Of a stretch of DNA of 64,000 bases, positions 9,634 through 17,876 are shown one piece after another (positions within the stretch are counted from its first letter, which is position 1; every line of letters begins with the position of its first letter). The stretch spans positions 18,406 to 82,405 of the IMG/VR virus record IMGVR_UViG_2848581113_000005; one strand, given 5' to 3'. The notes under the pieces were generated by a model, which was not told the origin of the DNA, did no database searches, and was given only the letters and a program-made list of their open reading frames with translations. Both the position numbers and the translations under genes were made by a program. The DNA is from a virus (taxonomy: Duplodnaviria > Caudoviricetes).

Positions 9634-9870
9634 TTATTCATGGGCTTTGACTTCAGGCGTTGGAAAAACTTTAGGCAGATCAGGACGCAGTTCATGAGCC
9701 AAGACTTCCCCGTTCGAAAAAACTACGATATCAGGCACCAACGACACCGAAACCCGTTTTTTTCCGTATAACCATGCGCTGATGAGAGATTGTCTGCACC
9801 CAAGAACCTGAGCCAGCTTTGTTTGACTACCTGCAATTTTTATAACTTTTTGTATCACGCTGTTTTTCAT
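9634..9870 (-). CDS. Cro-like repressor (YdaS family)
   Basis: AGSQTKLAQVLGCRQSLISAW...HELRPDL; GGAGAAGG RBS; divergent from cI. Confidence 0.85.
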   Translation of the reverse strand: MKNSVIQKVIKIAGSQTKLAQVLGCRQSLISAWLYGKKRVSVSLVPDIVVFSNGEVLAHELRPDLPKVFPTPEVKAHE

Positions 9871-9902
9871 TAATGCCTTCTCCAACACTACAGCAATAAT
9901 CT

Positions 9903-9968
9903 TATCACTATAGATCAATGTAAATCACTATTGGTGTATTTGTAAAGGTATCACTTTAGAGATAGAAT
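9903..9968. promoter_or_regulatory. OR-like operators and PRM-like promoter of prophage A
   Basis: Three sites resembling TATCACTWWAGTGATA at 9903, 9923 and 9949; TTGTAA(9940-9945)-17bp-TAGAAT(9963-9968) points toward cI. Confidence 0.7.
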
Positions 9969-10011
9969 GAGAAACAGATGTTCCAAGACAGGAGTGCTTG
10001 GGCTATATCAT

Positions 10012-10225
10012 GTATTTCACGTAAATGCGGGAATAACAATCACGGTTCGCCGGTGTCTTTACCTAAGCTCACAGATTCCCCGTAAGTACGGGGATAACTG
10101 AAATCTGGATGCTGCCGTTGCGGGTATAAGCACAGGTTCCCCGTAAGTACGGGGATAACTCACAGACAGTTAGAAGCCAATAATCCTTTTTAAATAGTTT
10201 CCTCATCGGTACAGAGATTGAACTG
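10012..10225 (+). CRISPR. Cas-less type I-E-like mini-CRISPR array: two near-identical repeats, two degenerate flanking repeats, three spacers
   Basis: AGATTCCCCGTAAGTACGGGGATAACTG (10073-10100) and AGGTTCCCCGTAAGTACGGGGATAACTC (10134-10161); degenerate GTATTTCACGTAAATGCGGGAATAACAA (10012) and AGTTTCCTCATCGGTACAGAGATTGAACTG (10196); period 61/61/62 bp; the TCCCCGT-AAGT-ACGGGGA hairpin matches the I-E layout GTGTTCCCCG...CGGGGATAAACCG. Confidence 0.85.
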
Positions 10226-10283
10226 AAGAGATAAATTGATTTGTTCTCTGTAAATACGAAGGTAAACCACTCATGAGGCACTT

Positions 10284-10895
10284 ATGACTCTTGCTGATAG
10301 ATTGAAAGAAGCCATGGCAGATAAAGGGCTTACCCAATCCGCTCTTGCAGAAAAAGCCGGCATGGCTCAATCCATGATATGGAAATTACTCTCAGGAAAA
10401 GCAGCCAAAACAGGTAAGCTCGTTGATTTGGCAAAGGCGCTTGGCGTACGCCCGGAATGGCTCAGTGATGGCAGCGGTAGTAAATATCAAACGGGTGAGG
10501 CTGATTTTGCTGTCATGCATGACAACCGTTATGTACCTATAAAAATTTATGAGGAAGAACAAGAAACCCATGAATCATTCATGGTTCCTGCCCTTTCTGA
10601 ACTGCAAACCCATTTTGATTCATGCCGGGCTTATCGTATCACCCAGAATACAGGCTGCGCTGAAGCGCCGGAAGGGACTTTAATCATTGTTGATAAAGAT
10701 GAAGAAACTGCCAATGATGATTTAGTCTATGCGCGTATAGGCGATCATTATTCGGTTTATCGTTATAAGCAAGGTGGCTCAGTCAGCTTTTTGTCTGTTG
10801 ACGACACGCGCATACCCTTGATAACCCTTTCACCTGGCATTGACATAATTGGTGTTATTGTTTATTTATTTCGTGACATGAAACGGAGACGATAA
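10284..10895 (+). CDS. CI-like repressor (HTH plus degenerate S24-like domain)
   Basis: LADRLKEAM...LTQSALAEKAGMAQSMIWKL...LAKALGVRPEWL; the C-domain lacks obvious GDSM and xKR catalytic motifs. Confidence 0.88.
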   Translation: MTLADRLKEAMADKGLTQSALAEKAGMAQSMIWKLLSGKAAKTGKLVDLAKALGVRPEWLSDGSGSKYQTGEADFAVMHDNRYVPIKIYEEEQETHESFMVPALSELQTHFDSCRAYRITQNTGCAEAPEGTLIIVDKDEETANDDLVYARIGDHYSVYRYKQGGSVSFLSVDDTRIPLITLSPGIDIIGVIVYLFRDMKRRR

Positions 10896-10983
10896 TTCTC
10901 TCATTCCATATCAACCTTTCACGCATAACCTCCCGGTTTCACTCGAAATACGCCCAAATCTTTCCTCCCTTTACGCCAAGACA

Positions 10984-10999
10984 CTGTTTTTTAACACAG
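10984..10999. promoter_or_regulatory. Putative LexA box
   Basis: CTGTTTTTTAACACAG fits CTGT-N8-ACAG; it sits inside a longer inverted repeat. Confidence 0.5.
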
Positions 11000-11102
11000 C
11001 GTCTTGGGTGTTACTTGACTCATTGCAATTATCAATTCATGAAACAATTTCAATCCTATAAAATTATTTAATATCAATGAGATAATTAAATAAAACCAAT
11101 TT

Positions 11103-11187
11103 TTATCACTATAGGTATGGATTTAACAGAACTTAGGTGATAATGTTAGTCTCATCAAAGTGATAGGAATAATCACCAAAAGATTAA
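11103..11187. promoter_or_regulatory. OL-like operator cluster and PL region of prophage A
   Basis: ATCAC/GTGAT half-sites as at OR: TTATCACTATAGG, TTAGGTGATAA, AAAGTGATA, AATCACCAAAAGATT. Confidence 0.6.
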
Positions 11188-11199
11188 TAGCGAGGATTT

Positions 11200-11619
11200 A
11201 TGAGTACCTTTATTTCTGGCACTACCGAGAAACCGACTACAAAACAAAAAAACGCCATAAGCATTAAATATATTATTGCAAATATCGCACAAGCAGACGT
11301 TTTGCACTCAGGAACAACACAGATCCCCTTTTTGGCAGACCCGCGTTTGAATTCATATAATAAGTACAAACACCGGAATAACTGCATGGATACAAAAAAT
11401 AAAAAGGAATTCAAATATCATATACTGACGACCTATCTGGCCAGCCAAAAACAGACAAAGCCGGCTCCTTGCTATAAATTAGAAACTATCATCGATTACG
11501 GTTATGCGCTCTATAAGCGGAGAGGACGGTATATGTATTTAATTGATATCATCCCTATTATTAAAACAAAAAATAAAACACCATTGGCAATAAAAAACCG
11601 TTACACAACAAACCAATAA
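11200..11619 (+). CDS. Hypothetical protein, first gene of the PL operon
   Basis: GAGGA RBS; position after OL; no recognisable family. Confidence 0.4.
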   Translation: MSTFISGTTEKPTTKQKNAISIKYIIANIAQADVLHSGTTQIPFLADPRLNSYNKYKHRNNCMDTKNKKEFKYHILTTYLASQKQTKPAPCYKLETIIDYGYALYKRRGRYMYLIDIIPIIKTKNKTPLAIKNRYTTNQ

Positions 11620-11951
11620 AATAAAAAATATAATTTTTATAAGTATAGAAACTTAATTACAGTGACTGCACTGGGGAATATTTCGATATAAATTTAGACC
11701 GGTTACACATAAGAAGAGAATATGAAATATATATTATATGAGAACTACAAAGCTGGAATAATTTTTCATACTGATATGATGAACGAGAACCTGATGTGGT
11801 GATCTACAACTAAAGATTAAAAAAACTCAAATGGTATTCCTCAGCACTGGACCGGAATACATCATTTTTGTGTGACGGATGTGAAGGTAACCACTGAAAA
11901 AGTTGTCAGGGTGGCTTTGGCAAGCAATTATCAGAAAGGAAGTAGTAAGTC

Positions 11952-12134
11952 ATGGCAACGAGATACATTAGTCTTAAAGAAATGTGCAAATTGGTAGGGA
12001 AGAGCCATCCTACTTTGTGGCGGATGTGGGCAAAGAGAAACGAATTTCCAAAACCATCAAAGACAGAAAGCGGAATTTTTTTGGGCTGGCCTGAAGAAGT
12101 TTATGAAAAGTGGGTTAAAGAGAAAAATCCTTAA
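11952..12134 (+). CDS. AlpA-family regulator, probable excisionase of prophage A
   Basis: RYISLKEMCKLVGKSHPTLWRMW...FPKP...GWPEEVYEKW; next to the att site. Confidence 0.8.
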   Translation: MATRYISLKEMCKLVGKSHPTLWRMWAKRNEFPKPSKTESGIFLGWPEEVYEKWVKEKNP

Positions 12135-12185
12135 GACACCCATTAGAACACCTGCACTTCCTGCAGTATCTAGAAAAAATTGATA

Positions 12186-12198
12186 AGTTATTGATTTT
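12186..12198 (-). promoter_or_regulatory. IHF-like site next to the att core
   Basis: Minus strand AATCAATAACTTA fits WATCAANNNNTTR. Confidence 0.55.
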
Positions 12199-12200
12199 AA

Positions 12201-12245
12201 TGGTACGCCCTACAGGATTCGAACCTGTGACCTACGGCTTAGAAG
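12201..12245 (-). tRNA. 3' 45 nt of tRNA-Arg(UCU) (argU-like); att core duplication, not a complete tRNA
   Basis: Minus strand CTTCTAAGCCGTAGGTCACAGGTTCGAATCCTGTAGGGCGTACCA: anticodon loop with UCU, T-arm GTTCGAATC, CCA end; 5' half absent. Confidence 0.9.
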
Positions 12246-12306
12246 AAAGTAGGTTGTTAAATATCATATTGAAATATAAAGATTTACCTTTGCTCGCATC
12301 GTATTT

Positions 12307-12379
12307 TGTGTCGTTAATTGTCTAATAATGATTTTGGTTGTTGTTCATGTGTCGTTAGTAGAGACACAAAAACGACACA
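12307..12379. repeat. Integrase arm-type sites (ACGACACA and its inverse)
   Basis: TGTGTCGT at 12307 and 12348, AGACACAA at 12362, ACGACACA at 12372; the same motif occurs at 63948 and 63959. Confidence 0.75.
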
Positions 12380-12425
12380 GTACCTTGTGCATTAGATGTG
12401 TATGCTTTGCCCTTGTTCCACCAGC

Positions 12426-13688
12426 TTACTCCCCAATCTTCTCCCTCACATTCCACACCGAATCCTCCGGCATCTGCACACGGACATCCAGACGGCATCC
12501 TTCGGGAATGTCACAGGGTTCACCGTCGGCATAATAGACCCGCTCATCCCCCACGAAGGTTTTTATCTGCCAGTTCTGAAAACGTTCTGGTAAGTGGCTG
12601 TGCTGACGGTGGAAGACCTCTATCGTGATGCTGCCGTCTTTTTCCACCCGGTCATCAAGGTAAATCAGTTCGAGGCCGTTGTTGTTCTTCGGTGAGGAGA
12701 TACCGCCGTGTACACCCCATGCTTTATCTGAATTATAGCCGAGGATATTCTCTATCTGATAATGGCCCGGGCCCAGTTTGGTGACCGTGGCCCCTTCCGA
12801 TTCGTCGTTGGTGGTAAAGGTGCCGTCGGGGTGGATTTGGATGATGGGGGAGGAGGCTCTGAGAAAACCGTTGCTGTCTTTGGTGGTGTTGCCTGTATTA
12901 TAAAAAGATATCCACTTAGTCCACTGACCACCAGATCGAAAACGAGTTGCCATCCTATTACCTTCAATTTGCAGCTGAGCTATTCGCCCGGTGTTGTCAC
13001 TACCCCCGTTTCGCGTCATAACCATAATAGGGGCATAATCAGCCCAATAATTATCGGCACCATAGCCACCTGCACCATACCAGCCAGTTGTAACCAGATT
13101 ATTCGCATCGGCAACACTCTGTGCTTGTGGATATGCAATTGGATTTGTCCCTACACCATAATCACCCAGTTTTAGAGCATCCGCTAAACCAAGGTTTTTC
13201 ACAAACTCCTGTTTATTGGGAATATCTGCGCCGTTCTGGGATTTCGTTAATTTCCCCTCAACTGACTGATTTAAATCATTCATCGCGGCATACAGCGCCT
13301 TAATCGACTGCAACGCCACCGTCTGACCGTTCGGCAGTGTCACGTTGATCACGCCATTCTGCGACATCCATTTATCCATGTTCTGGAGGAACTGGACGAT
13401 ATAGCTGTTAATTGCCACCATATGCCGCGCCGCATCCGAGACGGTATCGGGAACGGTCGTTTGTATCTGGTAGGTCACATTATTCAGGGTGACGGGGACC
13501 TTATCGGCCAAAACCAATTCCGTATCAGAGTTCACCGCCTGAATCAGGTGCAACAAGTTATCCTTGCCGGACTGGATGACAATAAGTTGTCCCGGCGCCA
13601 CCCCGTTGATGTTGGCTTTAAACTGGGTGCCCGTGCCCCGGACAATCGCCGAGCCGGACACAGTGCTAAGAGTGCCTTGTGAATACAT
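12426..13688 (-). CDS. Tail fibre protein
   Basis: MYSQGTLSTVSGSAIVRGTGTQF N-terminus, KSQNGADIPNKQEFVKNLGL motif, C-terminal DSNGFLRASSP...DIPEGCRLDVRV domain. Confidence 0.88.
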   Translation of the reverse strand: MYSQGTLSTVSGSAIVRGTGTQFKANINGVAPGQLIVIQSGKDNLLHLIQAVNSDTELVLADKVPVTLNNVTYQIQTTVPDTVSDAARHMVAINSYIVQFLQNMDKWMSQNGVINVTLPNGQTVALQSIKALYAAMNDLNQSVEGKLTKSQNGADIPNKQEFVKNLGLADALKLGDYGVGTNPIAYPQAQSVADANNLVTTGWYGAGGYGADNYWADYAPIMVMTRNGGSDNTGRIAQLQIEGNRMATRFRSGGQWTKWISFYNTGNTTKDSNGFLRASSPIIQIHPDGTFTTNDESEGATVTKLGPGHYQIENILGYNSDKAWGVHGGISSPKNNNGLELIYLDDRVEKDGSITIEVFHRQHSHLPERFQNWQIKTFVGDERVYYADGEPCDIPEGCRLDVRVQMPEDSVWNVREKIGE

Positions 13689-13706
13689 AGGGTTATTCCT
13701 GATTAT

Positions 13707-14363
13707 TTATGCGAATGGATCGTGGGCGATGAAAATATAGTCAGAAAGGCGAGATTCCATTTCATCTCTATAAGGGTTATAGCCTGCAAAACTAGACCAG
13801 TACCAAGTTATTTCCAATGTCTTATTTTTGTAATTCATTATTGGATTATATAAATACCATTCAGTTCTTTCTGTTTGTATGGCAACTAACGAAGAAAGTA
13901 TTAGGCCTTTCCCTGAAAATGGATACACTGTATTGTAATAATTCTTGCCTGACCTGACATAATTATTGAAACTTCTTATATCTACTAACTCAGTAATTTG
14001 TAGTGGAAACAATGTTGACGAATAAAACAAATTACCACTTTCATTGTAAATATTTAAACCTGTTCCGTTGGCTTTATCGCTGGGCAATATTCTTCTGTAG
14101 GCGTACACAATACAAGACTCGCTACAGAAAAGCCTCCCTTGATCATAGTTGACCATAGGGTCACACGATACACCGTTTTTGGGTTTGCAGAAGAACAGAT
14201 AATCACTGGCGTTTGGAAGCAGGAGCTTAACATTGGTGACTTCCCTCATTCCATTCCAGAATTGAGCATTATCAGCAGCTTGGAATACCGCTTCTAAGAC
14301 CATACACTCCGTATTTGAAACAGCTATCTCTTCACCGTCAAATCTAATGATTCCTCTACTCAC
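13707..14363 (-). CDS. Tail-tip accessory protein
   Basis: Between J and the fibre; GLNIYNESGNLFYSS motif. Confidence 0.6.
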   Translation of the reverse strand: MSRGIIRFDGEEIAVSNTECMVLEAVFQAADNAQFWNGMREVTNVKLLLPNASDYLFFCKPKNGVSCDPMVNYDQGRLFCSESCIVYAYRRILPSDKANGTGLNIYNESGNLFYSSTLFPLQITELVDIRSFNNYVRSGKNYYNTVYPFSGKGLILSSLVAIQTERTEWYLYNPIMNYKNKTLEITWYWSSFAGYNPYRDEMESRLSDYIFIAHDPFA

Positions 14364-14670
14364 GGTTCACCTTCATAAGAGTGCAGTATGGTTTATTGGT
14401 CAGTGGAACACTTAGCCACCACTTCACAATTCCATTTTCGATCCTAATATTGGCGGGTGCTTGATATTTATAGCCGTTACCCAACCACCCTATCTCTAAA
14501 TTACTTGAACAAATTACCGTTAAATCATTACCATACTTAAGATATTGTTGGGGAATATTCCAACTGGTCATGCCGGATTCAACATAAAAAGATTCTAAAA
14601 CGATAGAAGTATTTTGGAGCAGATCGACTGACCTGCCGTAATTATCGTATATTTTAAATTTAACTGACAT
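14356..14670 (-). CDS. Small tail-tip protein
   Basis: Translationally coupled to J; FKIYDNYG motif. Confidence 0.6.
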   Translation of the reverse strand: MSVKFKIYDNYGRSVDLLQNTSIVLESFYVESGMTSWNIPQQYLKYGNDLTVICSSNLEIGWLGNGYKYQAPANIRIENGIVKWWLSVPLTNKPYCTLMKVNRE

Positions 14671-17600
14671 TATTCAACCACCATTTCTATACGTAATTTC
14701 CCATTAGTATCGTATAATTTGATTCCGTTTCTGTTTATGCGAATTCCGTTACCGTTTATATCAAACGTATTCCTCTTAGCATCAAGAGTGAATCCTTGTT
14801 GATTGGGAATATAATTACTTGATGTGATGCGCTCTGCGACCCGGGCTTCATTAAACAAAGCCTTATCGATAAACAGGTCCTGAATAAACACCTGCCCGTT
14901 TTTAATCACAAAAACAGGCTCAGATTTCCCATTGGTTGGATTGACCACGGTAAATTGGTTGGCCCTGACAGCAAAATGAGTCTCAATCTGTCCGTTCTTC
15001 ACCTCAGTACTAATTGCCAGTCCAGCTTTGTAAAATTGGTCTTTGTACCAAACCCCAGCCCCTATGTCATAAATGGCATACCCGTCACCCTTCGCATCAA
15101 AAACAGCGGTGGCCTTGGTCTGAACAGCCGCAGCATTCTCACCAACATCAGCCTGCACTTTTTCCATTTTCTCAGCAAGCGCTTTCTGGTCGGTTATCTG
15201 TGTTGTTTTTACTTCCAGTATTTCCGCCCGCATCTCGCCATTTTCTTTCAGTTGGCGCTGAACCACAGAGCCGATGAGGGAGGCATTTTCCATTATGGCC
15301 TCGTTGGTAAAATCGAACTGCCCTTCCAGCCGCTTTCCGGCTTCGGTGGTGAGGAACTGGTCCCCTGCCGCCTGCACTATCCAGCGGGTATCCGTTGACG
15401 ATTCGCCCCGGACAAAGTCTGTCCACGGGGATGGGTTGCCGGATTTATCCACCAGCCGCGCCCGGAAGTAGAAGGCCACCCCAGCGGCCAATCCCTGCAT
15501 TGTGTGCGTGCGCTGGGGATAGGGAATATCCGCCAGCAACATCAGCCCTTCGCCGTCATTGGTCTGGCTGTACTGAATTTCCGTTTTCAGGGTATCGTCG
15601 GTCTGGGGGGCAAATCCCCAGTCCAGCTGGATACCGAAGAAAATCGGTGTGGTCCTGAAACCCAGTGGAGCGGGCGGGTTGCCTTCCTTGCCCTTCAGGT
15701 GGGTTTCGGTCGCATTGGCCCAGATACTGGAAATTTCCGCTGCATTAATCGCCCGCACCCGTGCCTGATAACGACCGGCGTAGATATTGGGAATTTCAAA
15801 GCCCTGTGTTGAGGTTCGGGGTGCCGATATCCAGTTGCCGTTATCCCGCCGCCACTCTGCTTCATAGGCGATGGCATTTTCCACGGCCTCCCATGTCACG
15901 CGCAGTGTGGTCACCGCTATGCCCTGATGCACACGGCTATCACTGCTGATAGTCACGTTCTTCGGCGGTGACTGAACCCCCGGCGGGATCACCGAAATGG
16001 GGCGTTCATCAATCCGGGTGCCGGTGTCGATATGGGTATATTTGCCGGGGTTGTGCTCCACGGCGGTGATCTCAAATGACACCCCGTCTTCCCCTTCTTT
16101 GATGCCCGTGACCCTGAACTGCTGAAGCGCCAAATCGGACGCATCAATAGACCAGACACTTTCGGCCATCGGTGTTTCTGAATACAGGGCAGTGACTGTG
16201 ACCACGCTCCCGTTAACCGCCTGAATGGTCCGCCCCTGCGCCTTGCCGGACGGCAGGTTCAGAATTAACCGCTCCCCGATTTTCGCCGACGATACCCTGT
16301 CCAGCGTGATATTGCGTCCATCTACGGCACGGATGCGACCGCCCAATACCCGGCCTGAAAACATCTCATCCACGATACCCAGAATGTAACCGGGCAGGGG
16401 AATTTTTCCCTCCAGCCCCACGGTGAACGTCACCATGCGGTCATACTCGTTGGTCAGCAACACCCATTTACCGCGCCGGATGGCTTCACTCTGGCGGGTA
16501 CACCCAATCGCCGTGATATCGGCCTGCCTGACCTGAAAGCGTTTTATCAGCCGGTTATCGAAGACCGGTTCAACCGCATCCTGATAGCCATTTTGTGGAT
16601 CGGACCAGCTCACCATGGCCGTGGAATAATGGGTTTTCTCGCTGGCACTGGAATAGTTAAATTTCCCGTCCCGGACATTGGCACGGGTATAGAGATAATC
16701 CATGTCACGCGGCATATCCGCCAGCGCATTCATGTTATTGTTGGCCCAATAGGTCATGCCCCGGAAAATACCCGCAATATCCCGCAGTACCGTCCATGCA
16801 TCCTCCTGTGACTGGATATAGACATTGCAGGTATGGCGTGGCTCTTTCCCACCCTTGCCATCAGGCACAAGCTGGTCACAATACTGGGCAATGCGATACA
16901 GGTCCCATTTGGCCAGACTCAGGTTTTCTGCCTTCACACGGGTACCAATGCTGAACCGGTCATTGATCATCAGGTCATACAGTACCCACGCCGGATTGTC
17001 AGTCCATGCCCATTTAAACACTCCACTCCAGACACCGGCATAAGTGCGGCTATCTGGATTGTAGTTATCCGGTACACGAATGATGCGCATTTTGGGCTCA
17101 CAGGCTATCTGCGGGATGTTCCTAAACTGCTTGGCGTCAAACTGGACAAACAACAGGGCGGTTTCGGGGTAGCTCAGTTTGGCGTCGATAATTTCCGTGA
17201 TGGATTCAACGACCATCGTATCCTCAATACGGCCTGTGTTTTGTTTGGGGGTCAGACGGCGTACCCGCACCTGCCAGCCAGAATGCGCCTCAGGCAAATC
17301 AATCCGGTGTGAGCGCTCGTATTTGGTCATGGTTTTGCCATCGACTGCCGTTTTCAGGACTGCCTGATACGCGCCGCCATCCGTCGCCACCTCAAGGGTG
17401 TAATCAATGCGATACCCGACCGTGTCCATGTTATCTTGCTGCTTGAGTAATCGCGGCCATGACAGGCGAATGCGTACCGCCGATAGCTGGGTATTGGTGA
17501 CCGATTTCACCCACGATTCGATTAACTCCGTACCGACCGTCAAGTCGTTCTCGACCGCCGGCATGCCGGGGATATAATCCTGATGGGGCGTGCCGGGACG

Positions 17601-17825
17601 AAATGCCCATTTCACCCCGTCAAAATTAGCCTGACCATCAGGGCCCATGAGCGGCGTGTTATCGACAAAAATATTGGTGCCGTCCAGCCCGCCCGCGAAT
17701 TCGCCTTCTCCCAGCGCAAGCAGGATCTTGGCATAGGAGGTTGATTGCAACGAATCCGGCGATTCGACCGGCGTGCGCGGGTTTTCCTGACCCCCCTTAC
17801 TGCCCTGAATACGCTGTTTTTCCAT
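14670..17825 (-). CDS. Host specificity / central tail fibre protein J
   Basis: IQGSKGG...LALGEGEFAG, WAWTDNPAWVLYDL, GCTRQSEAIRRGKW, FN3 regions, C-terminal PVFVIKNGQVFI. Confidence 0.95.
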   Translation of the reverse strand: MEKQRIQGSKGGQENPRTPVESPDSLQSTSYAKILLALGEGEFAGGLDGTNIFVDNTPLMGPDGQANFDGVKWAFRPGTPHQDYIPGMPAVENDLTVGTELIESWVKSVTNTQLSAVRIRLSWPRLLKQQDNMDTVGYRIDYTLEVATDGGAYQAVLKTAVDGKTMTKYERSHRIDLPEAHSGWQVRVRRLTPKQNTGRIEDTMVVESITEIIDAKLSYPETALLFVQFDAKQFRNIPQIACEPKMRIIRVPDNYNPDSRTYAGVWSGVFKWAWTDNPAWVLYDLMINDRFSIGTRVKAENLSLAKWDLYRIAQYCDQLVPDGKGGKEPRHTCNVYIQSQEDAWTVLRDIAGIFRGMTYWANNNMNALADMPRDMDYLYTRANVRDGKFNYSSASEKTHYSTAMVSWSDPQNGYQDAVEPVFDNRLIKRFQVRQADITAIGCTRQSEAIRRGKWVLLTNEYDRMVTFTVGLEGKIPLPGYILGIVDEMFSGRVLGGRIRAVDGRNITLDRVSSAKIGERLILNLPSGKAQGRTIQAVNGSVVTVTALYSETPMAESVWSIDASDLALQQFRVTGIKEGEDGVSFEITAVEHNPGKYTHIDTGTRIDERPISVIPPGVQSPPKNVTISSDSRVHQGIAVTTLRVTWEAVENAIAYEAEWRRDNGNWISAPRTSTQGFEIPNIYAGRYQARVRAINAAEISSIWANATETHLKGKEGNPPAPLGFRTTPIFFGIQLDWGFAPQTDDTLKTEIQYSQTNDGEGLMLLADIPYPQRTHTMQGLAAGVAFYFRARLVDKSGNPSPWTDFVRGESSTDTRWIVQAAGDQFLTTEAGKRLEGQFDFTNEAIMENASLIGSVVQRQLKENGEMRAEILEVKTTQITDQKALAEKMEKVQADVGENAAAVQTKATAVFDAKGDGYAIYDIGAGVWYKDQFYKAGLAISTEVKNGQIETHFAVRANQFTVVNPTNGKSEPVFVIKNGQVFIQDLFIDKALFNEARVAERITSSNYIPNQQGFTLDAKRNTFDINGNGIRINRNGIKLYDTNGKLRIEMVVE

Positions 17826-17876
17826 ATTCCACCCACAAAAAAAGTCGCTGCAGCGACCTGATGAACACATTAAGAT

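Larger units (their letters stand above)
1..12200. mobile_element. Prophage A (partial): cos/HNH end, lysis, Q, replication, immunity and xis-like gene; continues beyond the left edge
   Basis: Lambdoid gene order HNH-Rz-endolysin-holin-MTase-Q-primase/helicase-rep-cro-cI-AlpA, ending at a tRNA-Arg 3' fragment with an adjacent IHF-like site. Confidence 0.9.

Noticed and set aside
10101-10133. Spacer 2 partial matches: GATGCTGCCGT in the tail fibre gene (~12628) and GCGGGTATAA near cos (~60)
   Set aside because: Only 10-11 nt with no extension; expected by chance at this scale
10069-10281. 70-aa minus-strand ORF across the mini-array
   Set aside because: Its repeated peptide (LSPYLRG / IPVLTG) just reflects the DNA repeats; it is antisense to the cI leader and has no family signal
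12201-12245. Functional tRNA-Arg gene
   Set aside because: The D-arm and 5' acceptor strand are missing; this is an att duplication
14955-17367. Many + strand ORFs opposite J, and similar shadows opposite other large genes
   Set aside because: Antisense shadows of well-supported genes with no motifs or RBS
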